NCBI RefSeq assembly: GCF_964204645.1
Contig: NC_134031.1
Location: 1,736,001-1,800,000 of the forward strand
Source: Tubulanus polymorphus
Taxonomy: Eukaryota; Animalia; Nemertea
Direction: 5' to 3'
Length of the DNA: 64,000 nucleotides
The notes under the pieces were generated by a model. It was not told the origin of the DNA. It did not search any database and was given only the letters and a program-made list of their open reading frames with translations. Below are positions 63,118-64,000 of the stretch, piece by piece. Position numbers and translations under genes: made by a program. Positions within the stretch are counted from its first letter, which is position 1; the number at the start of each line of letters is the position of its first letter.

Positions 63118-64000
63118 CACTAAAACCAGAGATAAACCTGGCCAAATACTCTGGAAAGCGTAGGATTTAAGTAATCAATCTGATTTACATTTTTACATCA
63201 TTTTATTTTCACATATAAAATTATTAAATTTTAGCTTAATATATAGTAATTTTATTTCTATTACTATGTATGAAAACTTGAAAACCACAAAAGTTACATG
63301 TAAGGTATTTCGAAGTTTTAATATACAATACATCTCCACTACTACTGATTTTATACAATTTGCATCAATCAGGAAAATAACAAAAATACACAAAGAATTA
63401 TTAACTTTGATCCATAAAACACCGAAAATTGGACTAGTCTGAAAGTCTTAAGATTATGAATTTGACAATTCATGAGGTCAATATATTAACCGACACTTTG
63501 TTATATTTCATGAAATATGATTCTATCATGTCAACTTTTCAAATGACATCGAGATTGAGGATATCTCCTCAATTATCAAGAAAAAGCTCAACTTTATTCG
63601 ATAGGACCTTAATAAATCAGTGTTTTATGAATAATTGACATGAACATGTCATTTTATACCCACAACAACAATCATACCTAAATAACAGGAACATGTATTT
63701 ATGTACCCGAGGAAGTACCCCTGCAGTCATTTACAAAAACGTGACTTGTATTTCAAAAAAGTCTCCAACATAAAAAAAAACATTAAAACCAGAGATAAAA
63801 CCACAAATTCAAACTGGAAAACTTAAGATTAGATTAACTAAACAGTCTTTGGTTTAATTTTCATTAACATTATCTTACAAGATAACTAGAGTTTTGCCAC
63901 CTTTGCCTTGTCTTCAAGAGGTTGACAGACATGATCAAATTGGTTATTTTCTCAAATGTAACATTTAATGCAAAGTATTTTGGTGGTATTCTTTTCTATG

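Overview
Eukaryotic, AT-rich, intron-containing invertebrate DNA; a spiralian/lophotrochozoan source is my inference from the gene content. The left 37 kb is gene-dense: PIN1(-)/PPP1R11(+) and CutA(-)/NRF-6-like acyltransferase(+) form two head-to-head pairs. They are followed by a C2H2 zinc-finger gene (-), an FMRFamide-receptor-like orphan GPCR (+), an SLC16/MCT transporter (+) and a secreted GH38-like (DUF5054-type) hydrolase (+). The right 27 kb is mostly one gene missed by the ORF track: an allatostatin-C (somatostatin-family) precursor on the minus strand with a ~21 kb intron and a CRE/TATA promoter. Main findings: (1) a dispersed family of minimal type I hammerhead ribozymes, including six tandem 67-nt units inside a fold-back element in the AstC intron and a ~163-nt-period retrozyme-like repeat; (2) duplicated 156-nt exons only 29 nt apart, probably mutually exclusive, next to the putative catalytic Asp of the hydrolase; (3) the amidated AstC peptide with a somatostatin-like CRE promoter. 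Many MITEs, SINEs and simple repeats are present. Exon coordinates were read by eye and may be off by a few bases.
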